Origin: an uncultured Spirochaetales bacterium
GTDB taxonomy: Bacteria > Myxococcota_A > UBA9160 > SMWR01
Reading direction: 5' to 3'
Length of the DNA: 64,000 nt
NCBI GenBank assembly: GCA_964624475.1
Contig: CAZUYC010000136.1
Location: 4,040-68,039, forward strand
The notes under the pieces were generated by a model, which searched no databases, was not told the DNA's origin, and saw only the letters and a list, made by a program, of their open reading frames with translations. Of the stretch, positions 43,679 through 52,210 are shown one piece after another. Both the position numbers and the translations under genes were made by a program. Each line of letters opens with the position of its first letter. Positions within the stretch are counted from its first letter, which is position 1.

Positions 43679-45320
43679 CCTTGAACTCGCGATCCTGGCG
43701 CAGGATCACGTTCACGAGCGCCGGCTTTCCCGACGCGGCGGCGCGCTCGAGCGCGGGGCGGATCGCTTCGGGCCGCTCGACGAGCTCGCCGTGCCCGCCG
43801 AGAGCCTCGACCACCTTGTCGTAGCGCGTCTGGCGCAGCAGCGTCGGGCCGGCCCGGTCCCAGCCGTAGAGCGAGCCCTGCGGCCGCATCATCTGGCCCC
43901 AGGCCGCGTCGTTGCCGACGATGCCGACGATCGGGAGGCCGAAGCGGACGGCGGTGTCGTACTCGAAGCCGTTCAAGCCGAAGGATCCGTCGCCGTAGAC
44001 GATCACGACGCGCCGCTCCGGGTGGGAGAGCTGGGCCGCGAGCGCGAAGGGCATGCCGACGCCGAGGGTCCCGAGCGGGCCCGGGTCCATCCACGAGCCT
44101 TCGCTGCGCACGGGGATGATCTTCGCCGCCGTGGCGACGATGTCGCCGCCGTCGCCGATCACGATCGGGTCGCCGAGCGTCGCGAGCCACTCGCGCAGCT
44201 CGAAGCACATGCGCTGGGGATCGATCGGCACCTCGTCGCTGTGCAGCGCCGCCTCCTCCTTCTGCTCCGCCCTGGTCTCGATGGCCCGCAGCTCGTCGCG
44301 CCACGCGGAGAAGTCGAGCCGCACGCCCTGGTTCTTCATCTCCTCGAGCAGCATCTCGAAGCTGCAGGCGAGGTTCCCGACCAGCGGCACGTCGGTCTCG
44401 CGGTTCTGGCCGATCAGCGTCGCGTCCATCTCGAGCTGGACGATCTTCGCGTCGGCCGGGATGGTCTGGCCGAAGCGCATGCGGAAGTCGAGCAGCGTCC
44501 CGGCCAGCACGATGCAGTCGATCTTCTCGAGGGCGTGCCGGCGCGCGCGGTTCAGGAACTCGGGCGAGTCGGGCGGGACCGTGCCGCGGCCCATGCCGTT
44601 CGTGAACGAGGGGATGTGCGTCTCGCGGATGAAGCGGTTCATCTCCGCCGCGGCGCGCGACCACTTGACGCTCGTGCCCGCCATCAGCATCGGGCGGCGG
44701 GCCGCCCGGAGCAGCTCGAGCGCGCTGCGCACCTCGTCGCGGTCGGGCGAGAGGCGCGGCGGCGCGGTACGGATGCGAGGGATCTTCGCCTGCGCGGGGT
44801 CGACCTGGCCCATGAAGACGTCCATCGGGATCTCGAGGAACGCCGGCCCCGGGATGCCGGAGACCGCGTGCCGGATCGCGAGCTCGATGTACTCGGGAAT
44901 GCGCGCGGTCTGGTAGATCGTGTCGGCGTACTTGGTGATGGGGCGCACCACGCCGACGTGGTCCATCTCCTGGAGCGAGCCGCGCCGGAGGTTCGCGAAG
45001 GGGCCCTGGCCTCCGATCACGAGGATCGGGGAGTTCGCGCGCCAGGCGTTCGCGATGCCGGTGACGCCGTCGGTGACGCCGGGGCCGGCGGTGATCGCCG
45101 CGACGCCGATCCCCCCCGGGTGGCAGCGCGCCCAGGCGTCGGCCGCGTGGACGGCGGCCTGCTCGTGGCGGACGTCGACGATCCGGATGCCCTCGTCGAA
45201 GCATCCGTCGTAGAGCGGCATGATGTGGCCGCCCGAGAGCGTGAAGATGCAGTCGACGCCCGCGCTCTTGAGCGCGCGGGCGGCGAGCTTGCCGCCGTGC
45301 AGGGGCTTGGACTCGGGCAT
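43662..45320 (-). CDS. Thiamine diphosphate-dependent enzyme (acetolactate synthase large subunit / 2-hydroxyacyl-CoA lyase family)
   Basis: It has an N-terminal PYR domain (RHEQAAVHAADAWAR, GPGVTDG). The C-terminal ThDP motif is GDGSFGLNGFE...NDAAWG. Confidence 0.9.
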   Translation of the reverse strand: MPESKPLHGGKLAARALKSAGVDCIFTLSGGHIMPLYDGCFDEGIRIVDVRHEQAAVHAADAWARCHPGGIGVAAITAGPGVTDGVTGIANAWRANSPILVIGGQGPFANLRRGSLQEMDHVGVVRPITKYADTIYQTARIPEYIELAIRHAVSGIPGPAFLEIPMDVFMGQVDPAQAKIPRIRTAPPRLSPDRDEVRSALELLRAARRPMLMAGTSVKWSRAAAEMNRFIRETHIPSFTNGMGRGTVPPDSPEFLNRARRHALEKIDCIVLAGTLLDFRMRFGQTIPADAKIVQLEMDATLIGQNRETDVPLVGNLACSFEMLLEEMKNQGVRLDFSAWRDELRAIETRAEQKEEAALHSDEVPIDPQRMCFELREWLATLGDPIVIGDGGDIVATAAKIIPVRSEGSWMDPGPLGTLGVGMPFALAAQLSHPERRVVIVYGDGSFGLNGFEYDTAVRFGLPIVGIVGNDAAWGQMMRPQGSLYGWDRAGPTLLRQTRYDKVVEALGGHGELVERPEAIRPALERAAASGKPALVNVILRQDREFKGGIYV

Positions 45321-45396
45321 GGGGGGATCCCTCGTGCGCTCGGGATGGAGCGCAGCGACGGTATCACCCCCGCGCGAGGGCGGTCAAATCCGATTG

Positions 45397-45496
45397 ACTC
45401 CGCTCGCCTGCGGCTCGCTGCGCGGCCGCTTCGCGGCCTTGCGTCGACCTACTCCGCTCGCCTGCGGCTCGCTGCGCGGCCGCTTCGCGGCCTTGC
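45397..45496 (+). repeat. Dispersed GC-rich repeat, 2 identical 46-bp units (54-bp period)
   Basis: ACTCCGCTCGCCTGCGGCTCGCTGCGCGGCCGCTTCGCGGCCTTGC occurs at 45397-45442 and again at 45451-45496. It lies between pal and the ThDP enzyme gene. Confidence 0.9.
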
Positions 45497-45563
45497 TCAG
45501 ACAGCCCGAGGGGCGGCTCGAGTCAGGGCCGGGCTGGTCCTTCTCTCGCGGCGCCCGCCGTGG

Positions 45564-46088
45564 CTAGCGGTTGGCGCTGAGCGCGAACTCCGAGCGGCGG
45601 TTGTAGCGCCAGGCGGCCTCGTCGTGGCCCTGCACGGCCGGGTTCGCCTCGCCGAAGCTCACCGTGTCGAGGCGCGACGTGGGCACCCCGAGGTCGACGA
45701 GATAACGCTTGGTCTGCTGCGCGCGCCGCTCGCCGAGCGCGAGGTTGTACTCCTCGCTGCCGCGCTCGTCACAGTGGCCCTCGACCACGATCATCGGCCA
45801 CTGCGGCTTGCCGCTGATCGTCTGCGCGTTGCCCTTGAGCAGCGGCTTCGCGTCGTCGCGGATCTGGAAGCTGTCGTAGTCGAAGTAAACGGTCTCGAGT
45901 CCGATCGCCCGACCGCGCTGGCCGGCCTGGTCGGCGCCGCCGGCCATGCCGCCGTCGTCGAACTCGCTGCCCGTGACGCCGCCTTCGTCCGGGCCCGTGC
46001 CCGAGCCCGTGGAGCGGCAGCCCGCCGCCGCCAGCGAAACGAGAACCCCCGCGAGCACGAGCCCGCGCACGCCTGCACCTGCCTTCAT
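45564..46088 (-). CDS. pal: Peptidoglycan-associated lipoprotein Pal (OmpA-like)
   Basis: The lipobox is LAAAGC. The OmpA-like domain reads VYFDYDSFQIR...VEGHCDERGSEEYNLALGERRA. Confidence 0.9.
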   Translation of the reverse strand: MKAGAGVRGLVLAGVLVSLAAAGCRSTGSGTGPDEGGVTGSEFDDGGMAGGADQAGQRGRAIGLETVYFDYDSFQIRDDAKPLLKGNAQTISGKPQWPMIVVEGHCDERGSEEYNLALGERRAQQTKRYLVDLGVPTSRLDTVSFGEANPAVQGHDEAAWRYNRRSEFALSANR

Positions 46089-46103
46089 TGCTGTCTACCC
46101 CCC

Positions 46104-46142
46104 CAAAAAAAAATAGAAAGAGCCGGAAGCCGTTCCGTTCCG
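46104..46142 (-). terminator. Putative intrinsic terminator downstream of asd
   Basis: On the minus strand, the hairpin CCGGAA-N9-TTCCGG (46122-46142) is followed by CTCTTTCTATTTTTTTTT (T-run at 46104-46112). Confidence 0.55.
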
Positions 46143-46227
46143 GGTCGTCGGCCTCCGCCGACCGCGGTACCCCTCTATCGGTCGCACGTCCGGAGAACGT
46201 GAGTGAGCTTCGTCACCCCGCGCCCCG

Positions 46228-47316
46228 CTACGCGAGGCCCCGGTGGACCAGGTACTCGGCCACCAGGGTAGCACCCCGGGCCGCGCCCATCTTGGTGTTG
46301 TGGCTGAGCAGCACGAGCTTGACCCCGTTCGGGAGGGCCGCGTCCTCGCGCAGCCTCCCGATCACGGTCGTCATCCCGCCGTTGCAGTTGCGGTCGAGGC
46401 GCGGCTGCGGCCGGTAGGGGTCCTCGCAGACCTGGACGAGCTCGGGCGGGGCCGAGGGGAGCCCGAGGTCGACGAACTCGCGCCCGAAGGCCCGCAGCGC
46501 CTCCGCCACCTCGGCCAGGGACGCGCGCCGCCCGAGCGCCGCGCTCACCGCGAGGGTGTGCCCGTCCCGGACGTTCACGCGTGTGCAGGTGGCCGAGACG
46601 GCCAGCTCGAGCGGCTCGATCCGGTCCCCTTCCAGGCGGCCCAGGATCTTCGCCGTCTCGCGCTGGACCTTGTCCTCCTCCTTCGGGATGAAGGGGATCA
46701 CGTTGTCGAGGATGTCCAGACCGGCCACGCCGGGGCTCCGCCCGGCCCCCGAGAGCGCCTGGAGCGAGGTCATGACGACCGCGCGGACCCCGAAGGCGCG
46801 CACCAGCGGCGCCAGGGCGATCACGAGGCCCGTGGCCGTGCAGTTCGGGATCGGCACCACGTAGCCCCGCCAGCCGCGCTCGCGCTGCTGGCGCTTCACG
46901 AGCGCCGCGTGCTCGTGGTTCACGCCCGGGACCACGATCGGGACGTCGTCCTCGTAGCGGAAGGCCGAGGACGTCGAAACGACCGGGACGTGCGGCGCGA
47001 GGGCCTCCTCGAGCGGGCGCGCGGCATCGCTCTCCACCGCCGAGAAGACGAGGTCGACCGAGCGCGGGTCGAAGTCGCGGGCCTCGACCACGCGCAGGCC
47101 GGCGAAGCGCTCGGGCAGCGGCTCGTCGCAGGCCCAGCGCCGGGCGCCGTCCGGCCCCGTGATCGCGTCGCGGTAGGCCCGGCCCGCGCTCCGTTCGCTC
47201 GCGGCGAGGACGCAGAGCTCGAACCACGGGTGATCCGCGAGGGAGACCAGGAAGTGCTGGCCCGCCACTCCCGTCGCACCCACCACGGCGACCCGGCGAC
47301 GCGGCTGCTCGCTCAT
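46228..47316 (-). CDS. asd: Aspartate-semialdehyde dehydrogenase
   Basis: This is the 3' part of track ORF 46228..47445, starting at ATG 47316. It has VAVVGATGVAGQ and the active-site sequence IPNCTATG. Confidence 0.9.
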   Translation of the reverse strand: MSEQPRRRVAVVGATGVAGQHFLVSLADHPWFELCVLAASERSAGRAYRDAITGPDGARRWACDEPLPERFAGLRVVEARDFDPRSVDLVFSAVESDAARPLEEALAPHVPVVSTSSAFRYEDDVPIVVPGVNHEHAALVKRQQRERGWRGYVVPIPNCTATGLVIALAPLVRAFGVRAVVMTSLQALSGAGRSPGVAGLDILDNVIPFIPKEEDKVQRETAKILGRLEGDRIEPLELAVSATCTRVNVRDGHTLAVSAALGRRASLAEVAEALRAFGREFVDLGLPSAPPELVQVCEDPYRPQPRLDRNCNGGMTTVIGRLREDAALPNGVKLVLLSHNTKMGAARGATLVAEYLVHRGLA

Positions 47317-47828
47317 GGCGTCTTCAGTAGCGAATCGGGGCCTTCCGGGCCATCCGCGGCCCCTGGCGCCGGATCCGCCCATCCGGCGAACGGGGGGATC
47401 GCCACAGCGGCCGCCTCCTCGAAGCTCTCGAGGTCCGCGTACCACCAGCTCGCGACGCCGTCGCTGGCGAGGCTCTTGATCGACGGCCCGCGCTGCTGCG
47501 GCCCGACGCCGGCGTGGATCGCCTTTGCAATCGCCAGGGCGAGGGGCCCCGGATCGGCGTCGAGGCGCGCGACGCGCCAGCCGTCGCTGTCGCGACCGAG
47601 CACCAGGTCGAAGACGATCGCCCGGACGCCCTCCGGCTCCCCGACCTCGGCCGCGAGGGCGAAGCGCACCTCGTCCCAGCGCAGCAGGCGCTCGCCGGCC
47701 GGCGTCCCGTGGAGGACCCCGCCCTCGGTGGGGCGGATCTCGCGCAGCACCTCGACCCGGTAGCCGGCACCCGGCGCCGCCCGGAGGGAGGGGCGAGCGT
47801 AGGGCGCTCTGGAGTTGGCATCACCCAT
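47313..47828 (-). CDS. Hypothetical protein
   Basis: GC3 is high. Its stop overlaps the asd start (ATGA). Possible starts are ATG 47828 or the track start 47927. I recognise no motif. Confidence 0.55.
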   Translation of the reverse strand: MGDANSRAPYARPSLRAAPGAGYRVEVLREIRPTEGGVLHGTPAGERLLRWDEVRFALAAEVGEPEGVRAIVFDLVLGRDSDGWRVARLDADPGPLALAIAKAIHAGVGPQQRGPSIKSLASDGVASWWYADLESFEEAAAVAIPPFAGWADPAPGAADGPEGPDSLLKTP

Positions 47829-47934
47829 GGGTCCGCCACCGCATCGACCGCCCGTCGCGGCGGCTTGACGCGAGGCCGCCGACGGCGGCTCCGCCCACGG
47901 TTCGACCCCTGCGGGGTTCGATACCATCCGCGCC

Positions 47935-48216
47935 GTGCAGGCCAGCGCACCCGCCCCGTTCGAGGTCTACTGCGACCGCTGTCGGGTCACGTTCCCGGTG
48001 GGAACGCGACGCTGCATCCACTGCGGCGGGCGCACGGGTAGCTCGACGCAGAAGCTCGGGATGCGCTTCGAGCCGATGCGGGAGCCCGAGGAGGCCCCGG
48101 CGGAGCTCGAGCCGGAGCCGGCGCGGCGCCGCTTCGTCTCGCCGCTCACGCTGGTGTGGATCGTACTGATCGCAGCCGGCTACCTGGTCCGCGCCTGCTC
48201 GGGACAGCAACCTTGA
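47935..48216 (+). CDS. Small zinc-ribbon protein with C-terminal transmembrane helix
   Basis: It has CDRC...CIHCGG followed by LTLVWIVLIAAGYLV. GC3 is high. Confidence 0.55.
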   Translation: MQASAPAPFEVYCDRCRVTFPVGTRRCIHCGGRTGSSTQKLGMRFEPMREPEEAPAELEPEPARRRFVSPLTLVWIVLIAAGYLVRACSGQQP

Positions 48217-48224
48217 GCCGGTGG

Positions 48225-49712
48225 ATGGAGCTGGGCGAGCCCGGGACGAAGCTCGTGCTGCTGCGCTTCTCGGGGGACATCAGCGTCAAGGCGCGCGGCA
48301 CGCGGCATCGCTTCGTGCAGCGCCTGCTGCACAACCTGCACGACGCCCTGGCGAGCGAAGCCGGGGGCAGCACCTCGCGCGTCCGGGTCTCGCACGACCG
48401 GGTCCTGGCCGAGCTCCCGCCCGGTGTCGACGCTTCGTCTCTCGGCCGGGTCTTCGGGGTGCAGTCGCTCTCGCGCGTGCAGGACCGCACGCCGCCGCGT
48501 CTGGACGCGGTGGTGGCCAGGGGCCGCGAGCTCTTCACCGAGGCGGTCCGCGGCCGCCGCTTCGCGGTGCGCGCGCGGCGCGTCGGGAGCCGGGAGCGGA
48601 TCGCGCTCCAGTCGCGCGAGGTGGAGCGCGAGCTCGGCGCCGCCCTCCTGCCCGGAGCGGCCGGCGTCGACCTCGACGAGCCGGAGGTCACGGTCCACGT
48701 CGAGCTCGCGGAGGGCGAGACCTGGCTGCTCGGCGAACCGATCCCCGGCCCCGGCGGTCTCCCGCTCGGCGTCGAGGGCCGCGCGGTGGCGCTCCTCTCC
48801 GGCGGCTTCGACTCCGCGGTGGCCGCCTGGCAGGTCCAGCGCCGCGGCGTCGCGCTCGACCACGTCTTCTGCAACCTCGGCGGGGCAGTGCACGAGGCCG
48901 GAGCGCTGCGCGTCGCGAAGATCCTCGCCGAGCGCTGGTCCTACGGCCAGCTCCCGCGCCTCCACTCGATCGACTTCGCTGCCGTCGTGGCGCAGCTCCA
49001 GGCCCAGACGCAGCGCCGCTACTGGCAGGTGCTGCTCAAGCGCCTCATGCTGCGCGCCGCCGAGGCGGTGGCGCGCGAGCGCGGCGCGGTGGCGATCGTG
49101 ACCGGCGAGGCGCTGGGCCAGGTCTCGTCGCAGACGCTCCAGAACCTCGCGGTGATCTCGCGCGCGACGGAGCTCCTGCTGCTGCGGCCGCTCGCCGGCA
49201 TGAACAAGGACGAGATCATCGCGATCGCCCGGCGCATCGGCACCTTCGAGACCTCGAAGGTGGTGGGCGAGTACTGCGACCTCGTGCCGCGCCGGCCCGC
49301 CACCGCGTCGACGCAGGGGGCGGTCCTGGCCGAGGAGGCGCAACTCGACGCCGACCTCTTGCTGCGCGCCGTCGCCCGGCGCTCCGTCTTCGACCTGCGC
49401 GGGCTCGACGTCGAAGGCCTCACGGCCCCCGAGCTCCAGGTCGAGAAGGTCCCGCCGGGAGCGCTGCTGATCGACCTGCGCCCGCGCGAGCAGTACCTGG
49501 GCTGGCACCCCGAGGGCGCGCTCCACCTCGAGTTCGCGCAGGCGCTGCGCGCCTACCCGAGCTTCGATCGCTCCCGCACCTACGTCCTCTCCTGCGACCT
49601 CGGTCTCATCAGCGCGCACCTCGCGGAGCGGATGCGCAAGGAGGGTTTCGACGCCTTCCACCTGCGCGGCGGGACGCGCCCCCTCAGGCGCCTCGCAGAC
49701 ACGTCACGCTGA
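48225..49712 (+). CDS. thiI: tRNA 4-thiouridine synthase ThiI with C-terminal rhodanese domain
   Basis: It has a THUMP region, the PP-loop LLSGGFDSAVAA, and a C-terminal rhodanese-like segment (YVLSCDLGLISA). It starts at ATG 48225, in frame within track ORF 48156..49712. Confidence 0.9.
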   Translation: MELGEPGTKLVLLRFSGDISVKARGTRHRFVQRLLHNLHDALASEAGGSTSRVRVSHDRVLAELPPGVDASSLGRVFGVQSLSRVQDRTPPRLDAVVARGRELFTEAVRGRRFAVRARRVGSRERIALQSREVERELGAALLPGAAGVDLDEPEVTVHVELAEGETWLLGEPIPGPGGLPLGVEGRAVALLSGGFDSAVAAWQVQRRGVALDHVFCNLGGAVHEAGALRVAKILAERWSYGQLPRLHSIDFAAVVAQLQAQTQRRYWQVLLKRLMLRAAEAVARERGAVAIVTGEALGQVSSQTLQNLAVISRATELLLLRPLAGMNKDEIIAIARRIGTFETSKVVGEYCDLVPRRPATASTQGAVLAEEAQLDADLLLRAVARRSVFDLRGLDVEGLTAPELQVEKVPPGALLIDLRPREQYLGWHPEGALHLEFAQALRAYPSFDRSRTYVLSCDLGLISAHLAERMRKEGFDAFHLRGGTRPLRRLADTSR

Positions 49713-50100
49713 CCCGCCGCCGGCGCGGGCCGTCGAGCTCGACCAGCAGGATCCGCTGCCACGTCCCGAGCAGGAGGTCGCCGCCCGCGACCGGGACGAG
49801 CTCGGACGGGCCCAGCAGCGCCGCCTTGATGTGGGCGTGCGCGTTGTCGTCGATGCGGTCGTGCAGCCAGCCCGCGTGCTCCGGAACCGCGCGATCGAGG
49901 GCCGCGAGCAGGTCCTTCCCGATGTTGGGATCGTCGAACTCGTTCACCACGACGGCCGCGGTCGAGTGCAGCACCATCACCTGGCAGAGGCCCGCCGCGA
50001 CGCCCGAGCGCTTCACGACCTCGCGCACGCGCTCGGTGAGGTCGAGGCACTCCCTCGCCGTGCCGGTCTCGACCTCGAAGATCTCGCTGATCGCGCCCAT
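49684..50100 (-). CDS. YjbQ/UPF0047 family (secondary thiamine-phosphate synthase) protein
   Basis: It has HSTAAVVVNEFDDPN and HDRIDDNAHAHIKAALLG, typical of YjbQ. Confidence 0.85.
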   Translation of the reverse strand: MGAISEIFEVETGTARECLDLTERVREVVKRSGVAAGLCQVMVLHSTAAVVVNEFDDPNIGKDLLAALDRAVPEHAGWLHDRIDDNAHAHIKAALLGPSELVPVAGGDLLLGTWQRILLVELDGPRRRRVSVTCLRGA

Positions 50101-50252
50101 CGACCTCGTCCGGGACCGACCGGGGATCGGATCCAGGATAGTGGCCCTTCTCTACCGTCGCATGGAGCGCTCGAAGGCTGCGGGCGTCGGGCTCGGCGCA
50201 CCCGACCGTTGGCTGGCTCAAGCGCGGGCTTCGTCAGCCGCTACCTGGGGCT

Positions 50253-50753
50253 ATGCGACTCCTCCTCCTGGCTCCCGCGTTCGCCTTCGCGCTCGGGCTG
50301 GCCTCGCCGGCGGCAGCCGGGCCCGTGTCGGTGGAGATCCAGCCCGGGTCCCCGGTGCCGGAGCCCTTCCTGCTGAGCGTGACCGCATGGAGGCGCGCTT
50401 CCTCTACTCGGGAAGGCAGCCCCGGACGCCCCGAGCGCGTCATCGTGGCTTTCGAGTCCATCTCGGCCGAGCCGCGCCTCGCGCAGGTCACGGCGATCGA
50501 GTGGCGCGCCGACGCCGCGCGCCTGCGGATGGACGACGTCGAGCGCAGCTCGAGCGAGTCGCAGACCGGCGGGGTGATCGAGTGGATCTCGGGAACCTTG
50601 AGCGTCCGCGACTTCCTGACGCTGGCCAACGCGAGGGAGCTTCGAGCCGCGCTCGGATTGCTCGAAGTCGAGATCTCGGCTCCCGACCGCGCGGCCCTGG
50701 GCCACTTCGGCGCGCAGATCCCGCCCGCACCCCCGGCGGCACCGACGCCCTGA
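50253..50753 (+). CDS. Secreted hypothetical protein
   Basis: The signal peptide is MRLLLLAPAFAFALGLASPAAA. GC3 is high, and I recognise no motif. Confidence 0.6.
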   Translation: MRLLLLAPAFAFALGLASPAAAGPVSVEIQPGSPVPEPFLLSVTAWRRASSTREGSPGRPERVIVAFESISAEPRLAQVTAIEWRADAARLRMDDVERSSSESQTGGVIEWISGTLSVRDFLTLANARELRAALGLLEVEISAPDRAALGHFGAQIPPAPPAAPTP

Positions 50754-50772
50754 GCCTCGCCACCTGGAGAGC

Positions 50773-51342
50773 TCAGCGCGGCCCCGTCGCGCCGAGGCCG
50801 GGGGTCCGGATGCCGGGCAGGCTGTCGATGCTGCGGTCGTGCTCCGCGACGTAGGCGCGCAGCCCCTCCGGGCCCTTGCGCTCCGCCCACGCGGCGAGCT
50901 GCGTGCGCTGGCCTTCGTAGCGGTAGAGCGGCACGCCGTAGCCGCAGGAGTCCGCGATGCGCACGATGCGCGCGTGTACGATCGCGCGCGCCTGGGAATG
51001 GCTCGGGAGCTGGCTCGCGAGGCCCTCCCAGGCGGCGTCGCCCGGCTCGACGACCTCGCCGCGGCCGTGCAGGCGCAGGGTGCGCGGCGGCCCCTCGAAC
51101 GCGCAGAACATGAAGACGATGCGGCCGTTCTCGCGCAGGTGCGCGGCCGTCTCGATCCCGCTCCCGACGAGGTCGACGTAGGCGACCTCGCGCGGGCCGA
51201 GGATCGCGAGGCTCTCGAGGCCCTTGGGCGAGAGATTCACGTGCCCCTCGCCCGAGAGCGGCGCGGTCGCGACGAAGAAGACGCGCTGGCGCCGGATCCA
51301 CTCGGCGTTGCGCTCGTCGATCTCGGGATAGAGCTTGCCCAT
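50773..51342 (-). CDS. Pyridoxamine 5'-phosphate oxidase-family (split beta-barrel flavin/deazaflavin) protein
   Basis: It has RQRVFFVATAPLSGEGHVNLSPKG, typical of this family. Confidence 0.85.
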   Translation of the reverse strand: MGKLYPEIDERNAEWIRRQRVFFVATAPLSGEGHVNLSPKGLESLAILGPREVAYVDLVGSGIETAAHLRENGRIVFMFCAFEGPPRTLRLHGRGEVVEPGDAAWEGLASQLPSHSQARAIVHARIVRIADSCGYGVPLYRYEGQRTQLAAWAERKGPEGLRAYVAEHDRSIDSLPGIRTPGLGATGPR

Positions 51343-51481
51343 GCGACCTCCGGCGCGCGCAGGCAGCGTAGCGCCAGGCCCTATCGTGCGCTTCGAGCTG
51401 GCGGCAGCCTATGTTGTGACGGCCTGCCACGGGATGAAGACCCCGCCGCGCTGCGGCGGGAGGGGGCGACAGGTCGACTCG

Positions 51482-52165
51482 ATGGGCTTGCTCCTCGATC
51501 CGCGTCTCGAGGCCCTGCTCGATCGCCTGCACGCGCAGAGCGCAGGGCAGGGCGAAGCGCTCACGTCCTACTTCGCGGCCCGAGCCCGCGAGGGCTCGCT
51601 CGACTGGAACGCATTCGAGCAGCGGGACGACCGCTTCCTGAGCGACAAGCTCGTCGCGCTCGATCGCGAGAAGGCGGAGCTCTGCTACCAGCTCTGCCGA
51701 GCGCTGCGCGCCAGGCGCGTCGTGGAAGCGGGCACCTCCTTCGGCGTCTCGACGCTCTATCTCGCGGCCGCCGTCCGCGACAACCTCCGGGAGGACGGCG
51801 GCAAGGGGATCGTCATCGGCACGGAGTACGAGCCGCAGAAGGCCCGCGCGGCGCGCGCCCACTTCGCCGAGGCCGGCCTGTCCGACCTGATCGATCTGCG
51901 CGAAGGCGATCTACGGGAGACGCTCCAGCAGGTCGGGGGGCCGGTGGACTTCATGCTGATCGACATCTGGACTCCGATGGCCCGGCCGGCCCTCGAGCGG
52001 GTCGCGCCCCACCTGCGCCCCGGCGCGATCGTGGTAGCCGACAACACCATACAGTTTCGCGATGCCTATCGCGACTACTTCGATTTCGTCCACGACCCGG
52101 CGAACGGCCTTCGCACGCTGACCCTCCCGTTCGAGGGCGGCCTGGAGCTCACGCTGCGCGGCTGA
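51482..52165 (+). CDS. Class I SAM-dependent O-methyltransferase (family 3-like)
   Basis: This is the 3' part of track ORF 51335..52165. It has VVEAGTSFGVSTLYLA and FMLIDIW...IVVADN. Possible starts are ATG 51482 or 51434. Confidence 0.8.
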   Translation: MGLLLDPRLEALLDRLHAQSAGQGEALTSYFAARAREGSLDWNAFEQRDDRFLSDKLVALDREKAELCYQLCRALRARRVVEAGTSFGVSTLYLAAAVRDNLREDGGKGIVIGTEYEPQKARAARAHFAEAGLSDLIDLREGDLRETLQQVGGPVDFMLIDIWTPMARPALERVAPHLRPGAIVVADNTIQFRDAYRDYFDFVHDPANGLRTLTLPFEGGLELTLRG

Positions 52166-52210
52166 GCGTGGTGCGGAGCCAAGAGCTCGGAGGCGCCACG
52201 GTGGCGGACC

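Noticed and set aside
45397-45496. A CRISPR-like direct repeat.
   Set aside because: There are only two copies, separated by an 8-bp spacer. No cas genes are present. The unit belongs to the dispersed repeat family seen at four other loci.
47865-47893. A TTGACG hexamer as a -35 box for the zinc-ribbon/thiI genes.
   Set aside because: No plausible -10 hexamer lies at 16-18 nt spacing; the sequence there is GCTCCG.
47895-47935. A tRNA-like T-loop string, GGGGTTCGATACC (also GGTTCGACCCC just upstream).
   Set aside because: The flanking bases do not form a 5-bp T-stem, an acceptor stem or an anticodon arm. The string lies in the divergent intergenic/5' region of two CDSs. I judged it a chance match.
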